A stretch of 63,293 bases of DNA, the filler included, from Pelomyxa schiedti (lineage: Eukaryota; Protista; Evosea): assembly GCA_020536535.1 (NCBI GenBank). It is 3 parts of 3 records of this genome, joined end to end, with 100 filler letters (N's around TTAATTAATTAA, not from the genome) between each part and the next. Parts side by side here need not be neighbours in the genome. Positions count along the whole stretch, not along the records: positions 1 to 30,374 come from JAHLWZ010000649.1; 2 more parts are not named here. One strand, written 5' to 3'. The translations under genes were made by a program, and so were the position numbers. Every line of letters begins with the position of its first letter. Position 1 is the first letter of the stretch. The notes beneath the pieces were generated by a model. The model was not told the origin of the DNA. It was given only the letters and a program-made list of their open reading frames with translations, and ran no database searches. Positions 1-14,100 of this stretch are shown piece by piece.

Positions 1-15
1 AAAAAAAAACCACGT

Positions 16-17
<2 letters not shown>

Positions 18-101
<84 letters not shown>

Positions 102-151
102 AAACACACACACACACACCCAAACACACACACACACACACACCCAAACAC
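18..151. repeat. (CA)n microsatellite with CCAAA interruptions
   Basis: Direct dinucleotide run at the window start. Confidence 0.95.
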
Positions 152-579
152 AGTCCCCTGAGCACAGTGATGCATTCTTTCCTGTTGTTCCTGGTTTGCT
201 TGCTCTTGATGATCCAATCGACGCACCTCGCGCTCCCCGCCTCCCCGGCGCACAACAACGCGAAGTACCGCGACGTCCCGCAGTAGCACAGATCCACGGC
301 GTCGACCTCCACGCCGCCCATGAGGAACCCGCAGGCCCTGGGCACCAGGGGGAACAGCGCGTCGGCGAGGCGAGCGACGGCGAGGCACCGGTCGGGAGCG
401 AGCGGGTAGCCGCGGTTATGGGACGGGTGCACGACTGTGGGCTCGACGACGTACTCCCACACGACCCGCGACACCGCCATCGTCCACGAGACGATGGTGG
501 CCCGACGACGTAGTTGTAGCTCGTTATCGGTTGTGGTGGTGTCTGCTGTTGTTGTTGTTTTCAGACGCGCCGGTTGCAT
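150..579 (-). CDS. Partial hypothetical protein (3' end runs into the TG repeat and off the window); not in the ORF track
   Basis: ATG at 579; open frame MQPARLK...MAVSRVVWEYVV...ALFPLVPRAC...CVDWII...RKECITVLRGLC; GC-rich, coding-like. Confidence 0.65.
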
Positions 580-634
580 TTTGTGTGGATGTGTGATGGG
601 GCTTCCCGGAAGGATTTTCATCAATCGGAAGAGA

Positions 635-2176
635 ATGACCGGAATAACTCTGGACTCACGATGCAACCAACAACATTTCCGCTTCCACGTCGCACTCGAC
701 GCACATGATCAGCTCGTGGCGTTCGCGACGTCGTGGCACCCCCGGTGCGGTGCGTCGTCGCCCGCGCGCCTCCTGTGGCACACCACCAACAACAACAACC
801 ACGGTGGCTGTGGTGGCGGTGGCGGTTGCGGTTGTGGTGGTGGGGGGCCGTGGCTGGCCCGCACAATCGCCGCCGACCACTGCCTCGCCCTGCCCTCCTG
901 CGCAGAAGCAAGGCGGTTCGGGCTCCTGCTGGTGCCGTCGGACCTGAACAAGACAGGCAGCGGTGATGAGGAGGAGGAGGGGGAGGAGGGGGAGGGGGAG
1001 GACAGCCGAGCGCCGTTCGTGGCGCTTGGGGTGTCCCCTGGGACGCTGGGGGTCACGCAGGGGCCCGTGGTGGCTGGGTACGTGCGGCCGGCCGCCGCGC
1101 CTGGACCGGGGGATGTGGTGGTTGACGTCGACACGTGCGTTGTGTGGGATTCTGATACCGAGCGTTACTTCCTCCGCCGTTTCGATCAGACAAGTGGAGG
1201 TACTGAGTTGGCTAATTGGATAAATCCCTGTCGCCGACCACAGTGTTATCTGTCTATTATAATGTAATAGTAATAACAATAAAAACTTTCCTATCGGAAA
1301 ATGAAAAACCTTACATCCATAATCCCAGAAGGGAAGCTGTTGATGAGGATCCGTGACATGACAAGTGACCAGGTTCCAGTTCTCGGTTTGCATGCCAAGG
1401 GCAAGTGGCTGGTGTGGTTTGGTTCCAAGGAAATGATTGTGCTGGACCTGCACGCGCCTTACCCCTGGTCAACAAGGACATGTGTTGATATCTCGCGCTT
1501 CCCATGGGTTATCACCTACCACTCGTACCTGTTTTCGAGTGTCCACTGGCCCAACGAACTGGGCCTGGCTGTTCAAATGAAGGCCGACTCTTACTCCGGA
1601 ATGTTCATCGTCATCGACGTCGAGAGGACATTCGCGACCAAGAACCTCGAGATCTTGACACAAGTCAGTGTGGCCAGGCGTACAGCAACCCGAAATTGTT
1701 ATTGGGTGTTTGACCTGGTTGCTAAAAGTGGCCCGGCACTGCTGCTGAAGAAGAAGGCCGACAACACCCGCGTGATCGTGGTCGAGTCCCAGCTCGGCTA
1801 CGTGTTCCACATCGACAGCGCCACTGGCGACGTGGTGCAGCTGTGTGAGGGAGGCAAGAGGGAAGTGTCACAGCTGAGCACATCCACGTTCTGCATCCAC
1901 TCTCGTGGGGACCGGGAGCGCTGGTGCACTCAATTGTGGGAATGTGGGAACACAGCAGCGGGGCCGGTGAGGACCATCGAGCACGAGAGTGGTGGTGGTG
2001 GGGTCAACGATGGCACTCTTCAAGTTGTTGGGGGGTCAGGCTTCTTGTTTGTTGTTGGTCGTGACACAATCGTGGTGTCTGACGCCGAATCTGGTGTTGT
2101 GGTGGTCACACTCTCATTGTCATTCCACCGCGACGATCAGACTGCGTTCATCTTCAAGGCTGAATCTTTGTTGTGA
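635..2176 (+). CDS. HPRCG-motif family protein, subfamily A copy 1 (2 exons; intron 1200-1331)
   Basis: LVAFATSWHPRCGASSPARLLW N-terminal motif; C-terminal SQL..FCI..QLWECGN..GGSGFLF; GT..AG join gives GGKL as in the paralogues. Confidence 0.8.
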
Positions 2177-2478
2177 GAATCAACGTAAACTCGTAAACTG
2201 CCAATTCGATTGTAATTACCTTTCAAGTTTTCCTTATTGTTGAAGGCTGTGCAAGAAATAGAAACGAGATGCCAGTTTTCTCGTGCGGTGGTGCGGTGAA
2301 CGACGTTCGGTGAGGGCCTCGTGGATTTCGCAGCTGCAATCATTGTCTAACGTTCTATTTCTATCCGTATCCATAGAGCAGTTCGATATTTTTTTTTCCT
2401 GCACCCACCCTTTGGCCTCCAGGTATGAGCCGTTCAACAGTACTCCGATCAACAACAACGACAAACCCATCGATCGCG

Positions 2479-4606
2479 ATGACAACAGTACTGCCTACGG
2501 ATCCGCAGCGCCAGGCCATGTGCGATGCCTGCACGCGCGGCGACATGCCCCGGTTACCGTCGCCCACTTGGGACATCAACACCCCCATCGACGGCAGAGG
2601 TGGCTGGACCATGCTTCACCTCGCCTGCTGGTACGGCCACGAGTCGCTTGCTCGGCAGCTCCTTTGTGTGGGTGCATCGCGCAGCCCCCCAATTGACCCA
2701 AACGCCACCGACAACAGCCACTGCCGAACGCCACTGTACTACGCCGCCCGCGAGGGCAAGGAGCCGGTGGTGAGGGTGTTGGTGGCAAGGCCCGATGTGG
2801 ATGTGAACAAGGGGTGCCCGCTGGCCGTGGCATGCAGGGAGCGCGAGGCGGGCGTTGTGGTGGCGTTGCTTGAGTGCCCACGTGTGGACGTCAACTTGGC
2901 GATGGCAACAGAATACCAGGGCATCATCGGTCAAACGGCACTGCACGTGGCTTGCGAACAGGGATTCGTGGAGGGGGTGAAGGTTCTGCTCCAAGTCAAT
3001 GGAATTGACACAAACCGCAAAAACAACAAAGGTGAAACACCACTTGACGTGGCAACAAGAAGGAACTGCACTGATATCTGCAACCTCTTCAAGAATCACA
3101 ACACCAGAGTGCAATCATCTGAACTTGAGATGAGAGAGAAAGAGAGAGAAATTGCAAGAATCACAGTAGAGAACAAGACCCTTGGAGATTCATTGAGGGA
3201 AATGAACGAGAGAGTGTTGATTCTCGAAAGGAAACTGCAAAAAGGAGAAGAGGATCCAGACACTTGAGGAGGAGAACTCTGTTCTCAAAGCATGTTACAA
3301 GGTTCTCTTTCCCCCCAGTCCTTCAAGTCACTAAAATCTTTTCACAACAACAACAAAAACCCAGGAGAGAGCAGAGACAATGACGTCGTTGGTTGGTGCA
3401 AACATTGACTCATTTGCAATGATGAAATTCCTTGGTTCAGGCTCAAACGCAGCAACATTTCAGGTGAAATTTTTCCCCAGGGGAGGATGCAGCAGTGTGC
3501 CACAGTTGCAGCTTCAACCTTCTTCTACATCCACCACAAAACCTCTGGACAACAACACACCCACCATGGCCATGAAAGTTCTGTTCAACTGGGAAAGCAC
3601 ACCACATCAGACACTGATCAAGCAGAAGTACATGAAAGAGTGCGTTGTTCTTGCATCAGTGCCACTTCATCCAAATGTTATCCACCCTCTTGGAACTCTT
3701 GTCATTCCTCGGTGTGTTAATAATGTAAAATAAATAAATCATAAATTTAGGCAATAATATAAAGAGGAAGAGAGTCTTTTGTTGTCAATGAATACATACA
3801 ACAGAATCCCCCTCAACCAAAAAAGATTTCCAACCGAGTTCATTGCTGCAATACCTTCAGCTCAGCCAGTTTACAGAGAATTTGCACTGAACAAGTCACT
3901 TGCTTTCCTGCTTCCTTTCTGTGGTGTTCCATTGGTTAAATTTATGCCAGATGTGGTTAATGCCACAGCCACATCTGCAGCAACCACCAGAACAGTGAGG
4001 AACTTGCTTCTCCAATCACTGAGTGCTGTTGCTCACCTTGAAAGGGCGCATGTCGTCCACAGGTTGGTTTTTTCATTTCTGTTCTCTGTGCGATTCCTAT
4101 TTCAATTTTGCAGGGACATCAAAGGAGACAACATCCTTGTTGACCCAGCCACTCACAAGCTCACGTTGATTGACTTTGGAGAAGCAGTGGAGTGTTCCAC
4201 AGATGATGACAACCTGCAAGCCACAGTGACGAGGGCAGATGGGCAGGTGTGGGGGAACACAGGTACGATGCCACCCGAGGTGAGTGCACTCTCCAGAGAC
4301 CTGATGAGGATTCGTGGGCCATCCTCTGTGTTCTCCTTTGCCAAGTGTGACTCCTTCTCCCTCTCCCTCACGTTTTATGATGCAATGCTGCCACCCACCA
4401 ACAAGTTCATTGGCCAGTTCACACAAGACATGTGCACCTTCTCCACCGAGTTGCTCCCTCCTCTCCCACTTCCTCACAACATCAACAGTGGCAACACTTT
4501 GACAGAGATGAGCACCATGGCACAGGTTCTTGTTGGGATGATGTCACGTGATCGTGCCACCAGGCTCTCTGCTTCTGATGCTCTCAACAGATTGCACTCA
4601 ATTTAG
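2479..4606 (+). CDS. Ankyrin repeat + coiled-coil + Ser/Thr protein kinase (multi-exon; apparent frameshift near 3240)
   Basis: Ankyrin motifs MLHLAC, TPLYYAA, TALHVAC, GETPLDVA; kinase motifs LGSGSNA, AMK, HR|DIKGDNIL, DFG, GTMPPE. Confidence 0.8.
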
Positions 4607-4729
4607 TTTATTGAACTTGAGAATAAATAGTTGACGAGACGACGTAAATGGACTGCACACAAGCACCCTGTACCCAATCATACACCGGGGGCAAGTTGAT
4701 TTTCCTTTTTCCGAGAAACGAATCGTTTG

Positions 4730-6182
4730 ATGATTACAGCGTTGACCTTGCCGGACCACGAGGCACGATGGAGCCAGCGCTTCTGTCCACCCACGCTGGC
4801 AAGTTCCCACGTCACATTCTACGCCCGCCAGCAGCTTGTGGCGTTCGCGACGTCGTGGCACCCCCGGTGCGGTGCGTCGTCGCCCGCGCGCCTCCTGTGG
4901 CACACCACCAACAACAACAACCACGGTGGCTGTGGTGGTGGAGGGGGGCCGTGGCTGGCCCGCACAATCGCCGCCGACCACTGCCTCGCCCTGCCCTCCT
5001 GCGCAAAGCGGTTCGGGCTCCTGCTGGTGACCCCGAACATGGGCGAGAGCGAGGATGAAGAGGAGAGGATGGCGGACTCGGGCAGCTGGGCGCCCCTCGT
5101 GACGCTTGGGGTGTCCCCCGCGACGCTGGGGGTCACGCAGGCACCCGCGGTGGCTGCCCGCGTGTGGCCCCTCTCCGTCTCGTCGTCGTGCGGGGCGTTG
5201 GTCGACATTGCCACGAGCGTCGCGTGGGACCCCGAGGCTGGGGGCTACTGCCTCCGCGGTATCAACCAGACAAGAGGAGGTACCCTCATACGTCCAACAC
5301 TAATTACTAGTTATTACCGTTGGAATACAGCTTCTAACCTTGCCCCATTCCTCAGGGAAGCTGCTGATGAAGATCCCTGACCTGACCATTGAGAAATTTC
5401 ATAGTTTTATATATAGGCGCCGTTTGCATGCCAAGGACAAGTGGCTGGTGTGGTTTGGTGACACTGAAATGATCGTTGTGGACCTGCACGCACCTGACCC
5501 CTGTTCGACCATGAAGTGCATTGACACCTCACATTTCCCGTGGGAGGTCTCGTACCTGTTCTCGAGCGTTCACTGGCCAAACGAACTGGGCCTGGCTGTT
5601 CAAATGAAGGCCGACTCTTCCTCCAGAATGTTCATCGTCATCGACATCGAGAAGACATTCACCACCAAGAACCTCGAGATCTTGACACAATTAAAAGTTG
5701 GAGCCGCCCCCGAAGCAGCAGACGAATTCGGTACCACGGCACTGCTGCTGAAGAAGAAGGCCGACAACACCCGCGTGATCGTGGTGGACTGCCGAGGTGG
5801 CCGCGTGCTCCACTTTGACAGCGTCACTGGTGACGTGGTGCAGGTGTATGGGGGTTATGACATCTGCGTGTCACAGCTGAACACATCCACGTTCTGCATC
5901 CACTCTCGTGGGGATGGGGAGTGCATGTTCACGCAATTGTGGGAATGTGGGAACACAGCAGCGGGGCCGGTGAGGACCATCGAGCACGAGGGGAGTGGTG
6001 GTGGTGGCGGGGTCAACGATGACACTCTTCAAGTTGTTGGGGGGTCAGGCTTCTTGTTCGTTGTTGGTCGTGACACCATCGTGGTGTCAGATGCTGAATC
6101 TGGCGTCGTCGTGGTCACACTCTCATTGTCATTCCACAACGACGATGAGACTGCGTTCATCCTCCCAGAATCACTTTTGTAG
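4730..6182 (+). CDS. HPRCG-motif family protein, subfamily A copy 2 (intron 5280-5355)
   Basis: High similarity to 635-2176, same intron position. Confidence 0.8.
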
Positions 6183-6338
6183 GGATCTAAATGACAGTGG
6201 GTGTGGTGGGGTTGCTCAACCCTCAAAGCCAGAGCACCAAGTGGAGAGGACTCCCTTCCAGAGAATTCAACATACTGCGAATTGATGACCCTTTATTTTA
6301 TTCGGATAAGGTACCCTTTTCTCCGAAGGGAAGCAACA

Positions 6339-9300
6339 ATGCAACAGCCGCACGTTCAACGGCACCGAGATGAGGATAGCGACAAGTACAAAAGTAGTTC
6401 CACACATAGTGGTGATGGTGTTCAACCCAATCCCAAACCCATAACTATAATCCTGTGTTACGTCGTCGGGAGCAACCGCAACGTCGACGCTATGTTCAGG
6501 TCTCTCACCCGACTGGGCAGCTGCACGGTCACCACGGAAAAAGACAAGGATCATCCCACAATAACGGTCAACAGGCCGAACCCCCTCACCACGAGAACCG
6601 GTGCCGCCGCGGAGCCACCACTGCCCACGCCACCCGAATTGGGGAGCGTCGACGTGCGCAAGTGCAACCAGCTGGAATTATGGGACAAACCAACGGGTGG
6701 TTCAAACCGACGGTCGCAGCGAGGAACCACGAAAACAGGTTTTATTTTTTACCGATGCAACAGGGATGACGAACTCACAACAGTTGCACGGGACATTCAC
6801 CCTGAGTGTGTATATGCTCTCACTCCCTTTTGTTTGCTCTGTGATATTCTGTTGTCCATTACTTTATTTTATTCTATTCATTGTGGAATATAATTTCCTG
6901 TATTTTAAATTCCATTATTGCTTTTTCTATTTACGCAAAGTGTTTTAATTTCTGTTCTTATAGTTAATAGGTGGTAACTTTCTTCGTTTTAAAGAACGCT
7001 GATTTACTTTTAAAGAGCCTGGAGTATCCAGTCTACCACCAAACAAGTGGTAGTTATGTTGCACAGTGGTGTCGAAGATTGGGACTCCTTGCCTGGTGTG
7101 ATGTCCAAACTGTTGGATCCATCGATTGTTGGACCATTCTCCAATGGTGACCTGCCGGTCCCACCCTCCCCTCTTGTGATGATTGATTGCAGCGAACCCT
7201 GTGATACAACATCGGAGATACCAGACACAAGCACAGTGGTTAAAGCAATCAAGGCCATTGAGATGGCTATTGCTGTGTGTCCACACTATTCCTTTTTTTT
7301 TTTTTTTTTTTCTTGTCCCCAACTCTGACCGCATTGCAGTTTTGTGCCTTCAAACTGGTCAAGTGGACAACAAGTTCAAGCGGTTCTCCCGACTCACTAT
7401 TGTGGTTGATAACGGAAACTGCACAGCAAACAGTTTCCGTGTGCAACTACTACAATAAGGCTCCTCCAAAGGGGCATCCCAGACCGCCAACCACAACAAC
7501 AGCAGCAACAACCACAGAATCACAACTTCCACCATTTACCGCACCATTGGTGATGGAAGTCCACTCTGCCAGTGTCGCGGAAGCACACATGATCATGAAG
7601 GTTGTTCATGATTATGGTGGCAACCATCACCACTTCCCCAACCTCACAGTGACAATGGTGCTGAGAATGTGGGTGAGGGCAAATAACGGGGCTGCCATTG
7701 GTGTTGTGTGCCGTGCTCGGTTCCTCACACAGTTTGAAGAAATCGACCTTTCTCACATGTCACTGGAATCAGTTCCAGATGAGTTGAGAGGATTGTCATG
7801 CAGGACACTCAACCTGTCTGGAAACAAGCTGCGCATTGTTCCCAAATGGTTTTCAGAAATGCCCAACGTTATGATGGGAGAAGGCTACGATCTGATTGAT
7901 GAGGATAAAACCGGAAAACAGCTTGTTGGCATCAAACTTGTGCTTGTTGGTGACACTGGAGTGGGGAAGACAACATTGTTGACATGTCTGAAGAAGAAAA
8001 AGACAAAGATGACCATGAAGCACGTTCCCACAGGCTTTGGTGTGCAGCTCCTGGACCACCCAATCGTAAGAGGAAAGACCCCCAGTTGGACTGTGTGGGA
8101 ACTTGGTGGGTAACTTCACCACAATTATTCATCGTCACTCACTACACATTCACAGGGGGGGAGTCACTGGCACCGTTTCACCAATGGTTCCTGCTCAGCA
8201 GGTCAATATTCATCCTTGTCTTCGATGTTCGTGAGGCATTGTCTGCATTAACAACGAAGCAAAGACCGCGTCTGTATTACTGGTTGAATGAAATCTCGAT
8301 TGCCAGGAGCAGAGGTGACAAGAAACCGAGGATCATCATTCCTGTTGGAACCCACATGGAGGGGATCACTGATTCTGATGCGAGTTTCAAATCACTCTGT
8401 TCTGTGCTGGAGCCTATCTTCAAGCACGAGAATGTACCGATGGCGTTCTTGTTTCAACTGAGTGATGGGAAGGGATGGAAGTGCACTGGTTTGCCAATTG
8501 CAGAACACTATGCTCCCACACGTGTGGAACACTTCGTTCTCGACCTGAGTAAATGCCGTGGAGCGATTATGAATCTGGCTCCCCCAAGTTGGATGGTTCT
8601 CAATGAGGAACTCGAAAAATTGAGAGACAAAAGGAGAGCCCCAGCAGTGCCTTGGACACATTTTGTTAAACTGGCAGTGAAGTGTGGTGTTGGTGGGAAG
8701 GTCAGAACAACATCACCGAAAAAAATAGAGGAGTGTGCACACTTTTTGGCTGAAACGGGGACCATCATTCACTTCAGGTATCCTTTTTGGCTCTTGTCAG
8801 CCAGCGGCCACCCTGGTGCTGCTCCGGTTTCAGGCTTTTCTGAGTTCGTCATTCTGGAACGTCGTTCCTTTTTGAAGCGTGTCCTTTGGGACCTCCGTTA
8901 CGAAGAAGGGGCAACCACCACCCTACGTGCTGCTGCAGCGGCCGTGGACTCAATCCTGTTGGAATTCCACAAGTTTGTTGAAGCTCTGCGGGGGAATAGC
9001 GTTGTCTTCTCCGACATGTCATCTTCCTCTCTTTCCCTCTTCAAATATCCGCACTCTGGTGAGGACTTTCACGAGCATTTCAACTCGTTCTGGATGGTAC
9101 CATCACCAAGTACTGCTTCTTCTTCTGCCACAGGTCTCAGTGTGAGAGTGATTCAGTTCCCACTGTTTTCACAGGAGCTGCTCTTCAAGCTCATTTCAAT
9201 AACCTTCCATGATTGGCACATCAAGTTCTGGTGGAGGGATGTGGTGCTCTTTGCTGACTCCGGCATCAATCCCCACACACATTTGTTAATGACAAGCAGA

Positions 9301-10863
9301 AATAACACAGTCACGATTTGCATGCGATCGGACCCCCTCGGGAGACCCCAAAGGAGGGGCTACTGGATTGCCATCAGAGGCGCTGTTCACCGTTTCAGCC
9401 ATCAGATGTATATCCGATTTGAAGAATGTGAGTCACCGTTGTTTCCATCGTCGTCATCATCCTTGGCAGGAATCGAGACTGAAGAACAGTTCCCTTGTCC
9501 ACATTGCTTGCTCCAAGCCACCCCTGCACTGGAAAACTGGCTCGACCCTTCCAAGTCAATTGTGTTTCCGGCGGAACTGTTTTATTTCCCGAAGTGTGAC
9601 ATCCTGGATGCTGTCAAAAAAGGTGAGAAAGAAATGACTTGTAGAAATGGACGTTGCAAGGTTGCCCTCGATTCAATTGCACCGGATCTCGCTCCGTTTC
9701 GCTCAGGTGGTTTGGAGGCAGAGCTAAAGCCTACATCGGAGCCAAAGCCATCAGAGACAGCCCCACTCATACTCCCTCACAAACTCAGGGAAATACTCGG
9801 TGAAGAGGAAGTTCAACCCACCAACGAGATGACTTTGGGGCATCTGGTTGCAACACTCATTGAAAAAGGGAACGGGACCACATCTGTGCTTGATGAAGTG
9901 ATTCCAAACATCCTGAGGGTGAAGATTCTGCTGGATGTTGCCCTGGAACTCCAGTCCCTTCACCAGCAAAGCCCCCCTGTTGCCCACGGCAAAATTTGCC
10001 CAGGTTTGTCCTGTTCCCTTCTCACTGAAACCCGGAATAACACACAACAACAACAACAGATAACATCCTTGTGTTGTCTCTGGACATCAACCGTGGCCCA
10101 TGGGCAAAGGTTCCCACCACACCCACCCAAACACCTTCCTTGTCTCAACTTGAAACCAGATAAAGAAAAATTCCGACGTATCATGGGAGAGGCTCTTTGA
10201 CAGCGTCATCAGGATGCCGGAATCGGCAGCAGTTTCACTGGCTGACATGAACTTCCTTGCGCCGGAGGTTCTTTCGCACTTGTTCTTTGACACACCGGCC
10301 GATATTTGGAGCTTCGGTATGATGCTGTTCCTTCTTTTGGCATCTCCCCCACTCCCACGCATTTATTTGTTTCTCACTGACCCGGCATCTCAGCAATGAC
10401 TTTTTCGATTGTTATGGACCCCCTGGAACAACCATACACACACCTCGCATCATCGCACCGCCACGAAAGGCTGTTGTCCACCGACTACGACGCCAGCAGC
10501 ACCACAATCGCAACAAAAACCAAAACAAAATCAAAAGCAAGAAAAACAACAGCAACAACAACCTGCACCGGCGCGGCATCCCACGACAACAACAACCACG
10601 ACACCAACAACACGAGCGGGGATTACCGGCTCGTTTTCAACCCCCTTTTGGGTGGCTGTCGCCTCCTCAAGGGCGACATCACACCGTTCCCTCCACATCC
10701 ATCGAAATCGACCCACAATGGAGACGTGATTCACCGGCTGGGGCAACAGATAGCATCCCTCTGCTTGAAAAGCAACCCATGTGACAGGGCCAAAATCACT
10801 GACCTCATCAAAATCTGGGATTATTTCCTGTGGCCACCCTCAGCAACACATTCGAAAGGGTGA
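6339..10863 (+). CDS. Roco-family protein: LRR + Roc GTPase + COR + degenerate kinase (multi-exon)
   Basis: LRR (IDLSHMSLESVP, LNLSGNKL); P-loop GDTGVGKTT; WELGG; VGTH; COR-like PPSWMVL..FLAETGTIIHF; kinase C-lobe LAPEV, ADIWSFGM; start codon is inferred. Confidence 0.8.
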
Positions 10864-11168
10864 GAATAAAAGGAGTGCCTGTTTTAAATTTAGTCAATAC
10901 AGAGAAAACACAACCAGTTCAAGACTGGAGCTTTGTTTCTGCACTAACAAACACACCACAGAAAGTTTTTCTTTTTTTAGGAAAGATCAGAGTGTCAGAA
11001 GCAAAACCTCTCGGGTAATCCGTGGGTGCTGAGACGAACTTTTGTCCTCATATCAGGGAGAGGAGAACCATCATGGTTTTCTTTTTTTTCTTTTGGTTAC
11101 CTGCACTTCGTTTTCCCCCACCTCACGATCCGTTGTGTGTTCACGCCACATACAAAGCATTGGCGCCA

Positions 11169-14100
11169 ATGTCCCTCCGCTCACTTCCGGTACCAGATGC
11201 CGCCGCCGGTCCCTGCCCCACCACCGCCACGGCCACCACGCCTGCTGCACCCTCTCTACCTACATCACCTCCTCCACCACCACCACGGCCGCCACCTTTC
11301 ATGGAGGAGCCCATCGGGCCGCCGCCACCATCACCATCGAATCCCCCGTCACCGTCAGGTTGTGTTGCTGGAGGAGGAGGTGGTCGCCGTGGTGGCGGTG
11401 GTGGTGGTCGCGGTGACCGCGTGGTGAAGTTAACGGGTTGGGGGGGTGTGGAGATTCCACCGCCGCCACACGGGGCGGTCGATTCCTTTTTCATTCCTCC
11501 ACCACCACCACCTCCTGGAACTCCTGCTCAATTAGACCCGGGGTGTAATATCATTCCGCCACCATCACCACCACCTGCACCTCCAGCTTCAACAACTCCT
11601 CCAATGACGACGGGGCTTGATAATCTTTTTGCTGGCGATAACACGCAGTTTCTCGTGCACAACCGTAGATATATTCCTCCTCCGCCGCCTCTCGATTCCA
11701 TTATAATTCCACCACCACCTCCTGGAATTCCAACTCAATTAGACCCAGGGTCTAATATCATTCCACCACCTCCACCACCTTCAACTTCTCCCAGGACTAC
11801 AAGGCGAAGCCATTTTTTGGTTGGTGATAACACGCAGTTTCTCATGCCTCAAGAACCCAGAGCAATCAGTGGCATTAGCCCCGCCACTTCTATTGCTCCA
11901 ACAACATCTGCAAAGCACCACGATTTTGTCCCTCACACGTACCAATGGATTTCAAAATGTCACGTATGCAACACTGAAATGTGGGGTCTCACAAAGCAAG
12001 GCCTTTGTTGCACAAGTATGGACTCTCCTTTGTTTTATCCTTTTTATAACAAGTCAGATTGTAAGCTGGATGTGCATCAAGGGTGTCAGTCCCACGGCTC
12101 CCGAGTTGCATGTGAAGAACTTGTTGACATTGCCTCCATGTCCTCCTCACCTGCTTACGTTACTAACGAAGTTGAAAACCGTACTTCAAGAATTCCCGAA
12201 TCCTTTGGATGTTAACAATCCAGCAGAAAAGAGGTCAAGCAGAAAGTTTTTTGGACCAGTCCGGAAAAGGAAAACCTCCTCAGGTCCCAAGGTATCTTTT
12301 GAGCATAACCAACTCGCTTGCTGTTTGTCAAATGTGACAGTTTCCAGGTTACGGAGGAGAACCAGTCACGTGGAATCTGGTACAACTATGAGAAGATTTA
12401 TATCCACGAAAAGCGTTCCATGGATCTGCATTTTGTTTTTCCTGAAGATGACATCAGTGTAAAAAGATTCCCAAGGACCACAAGACTGAGAGTATGCATT
12501 CATTCCAACTATCTTTATGCTTTAGTTGATACGTACAGTGCGATCCCACTGACCCAATTGTGGCGGCTTTCATTGATGAATATTCAAGTGATCGGGTTTT
12601 TGTCGATCACAGATACAGTAACTTTGGAGTGCGTCACCCCTAATTTTCAATTCAAAATACCAAAGACAGGAACACAGGCTTTTCAAAATAGTTTTCAGAC
12701 TTTGAAAGCGGACCCACACTTATTTTTTGCAGCTGCCGAGATGCAGGACCTCATTCCACGAGTTCCTCCCCTACCCTCTCCTCCTCCCCAACCTCCCAGT
12801 TCTGTGCCCGAATTGACATTGTCATCCAAACGGTAAAGATGATTCCTTTTTCTTTTTTATTTATCTCTCACCTCCACCTGAGAGTCACTCTCTTCATCCA
12901 TGTTGGTGATCTCCATGTTGGAGGGGAGATTGTGGAACCACTATGCGGAACAATGTCAATTGTTGATTTATCTCAAGAGAAAACGCAATTGAGGAAGGTG
13001 TCAGAGGACTTCCACTTCCATCTTACCCCCACCGTCCCTCCAGCACCACCTCCGGCATCTGCCGCGAAAATTGCACATAGTTCCTCTGCTTCCACTGAGC
13101 CTCCTTCATCTCCTTTTTCAACTTATAGTGCTGCATTTGATGACTTCAAAAGCCCTTCGATACGAGAGGTTTGCCAAGTGCTATTTCGTTGTGAATTGAC
13201 AAAACACCACAAGGCACTTGTAACTTTGGAACAACCCTCCCAGAGCTTATATGTTGTAATTAAAATATTCCGAGTGTTCCATGGTGACATTGAAAAGGAC
13301 CTCCAAGCATACAGCAAGGGCAAACTGGTTATCCTTTACTTTGTGAATTATTGTTGAACTGTGTTGTAGAAGGCACAATATGCGAGACAAGCTCAGCAAG
13401 AGTTAAACGAATACTCTGTGCTCGATCCAGCTGACTATACTTCCCCACTTCCTCTGCAGCCCCTTATGTGGGGCTTCTTTGCTGCATACCCTGCTGAGAT
13501 AAATCGTACTGCAGTATCAGAAAACCTCAAAAAGCAGGAAGCAAACAGGAAGTTATTGTAACGTACCCCAGCCCCTGAAGAAGTTGTTAATCGTGGACCA
13601 GCATAAATGAGTTTTATCCCCTGCATGGGAGCAACTCTCTCGAATCCATCTGCCGCTGGTTGGAGAAACCGAAATCACTGAAGAAGGTTCCATTCCTCAC
13701 ATTGATAGTTGTGTTTAATCAATTTTTTTCCTTGTTGTTTTCTGACTCTGTGTCAGTCTTAGTCTTGAATTGACGTGATACACAGGTGCGTCCTATTTCT
13801 GCTGAAATGGAGATATCAGTGAATGTCACACCACCCACAGAAACTATTGCGGTTGTCATCCCGTACTCCTCACTTCCTGCACCAAGTGCACCTTCACCAC
13901 GCAAAGTAGTGCCTTTTCACTTTCGAATCTCACATTGACCATAGACCCACATGAAAAAACTGCAACATTTTACACATAAAGATAAAGAGGGATGGCACAG
14001 TGAACCTCCACACTTTGATTATGTTAATGACCTGTATGTGTATCCAGAGACCGTGCTCCTAAATGCTTTTGCGTATCACAACACTCAGGTAAATAATCAT

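Noticed and set aside
18-151. Telomere or CRISPR-like array
   Set aside because: Simple dinucleotide microsatellite with no spacers or telomeric unit
11460-11840. Duplicated IPPPP..QLDPG.NIIPPP..GDNTQFL unit
   Set aside because: Ordinary internal repeat in the Pro-rich N-terminus of the DOCK gene
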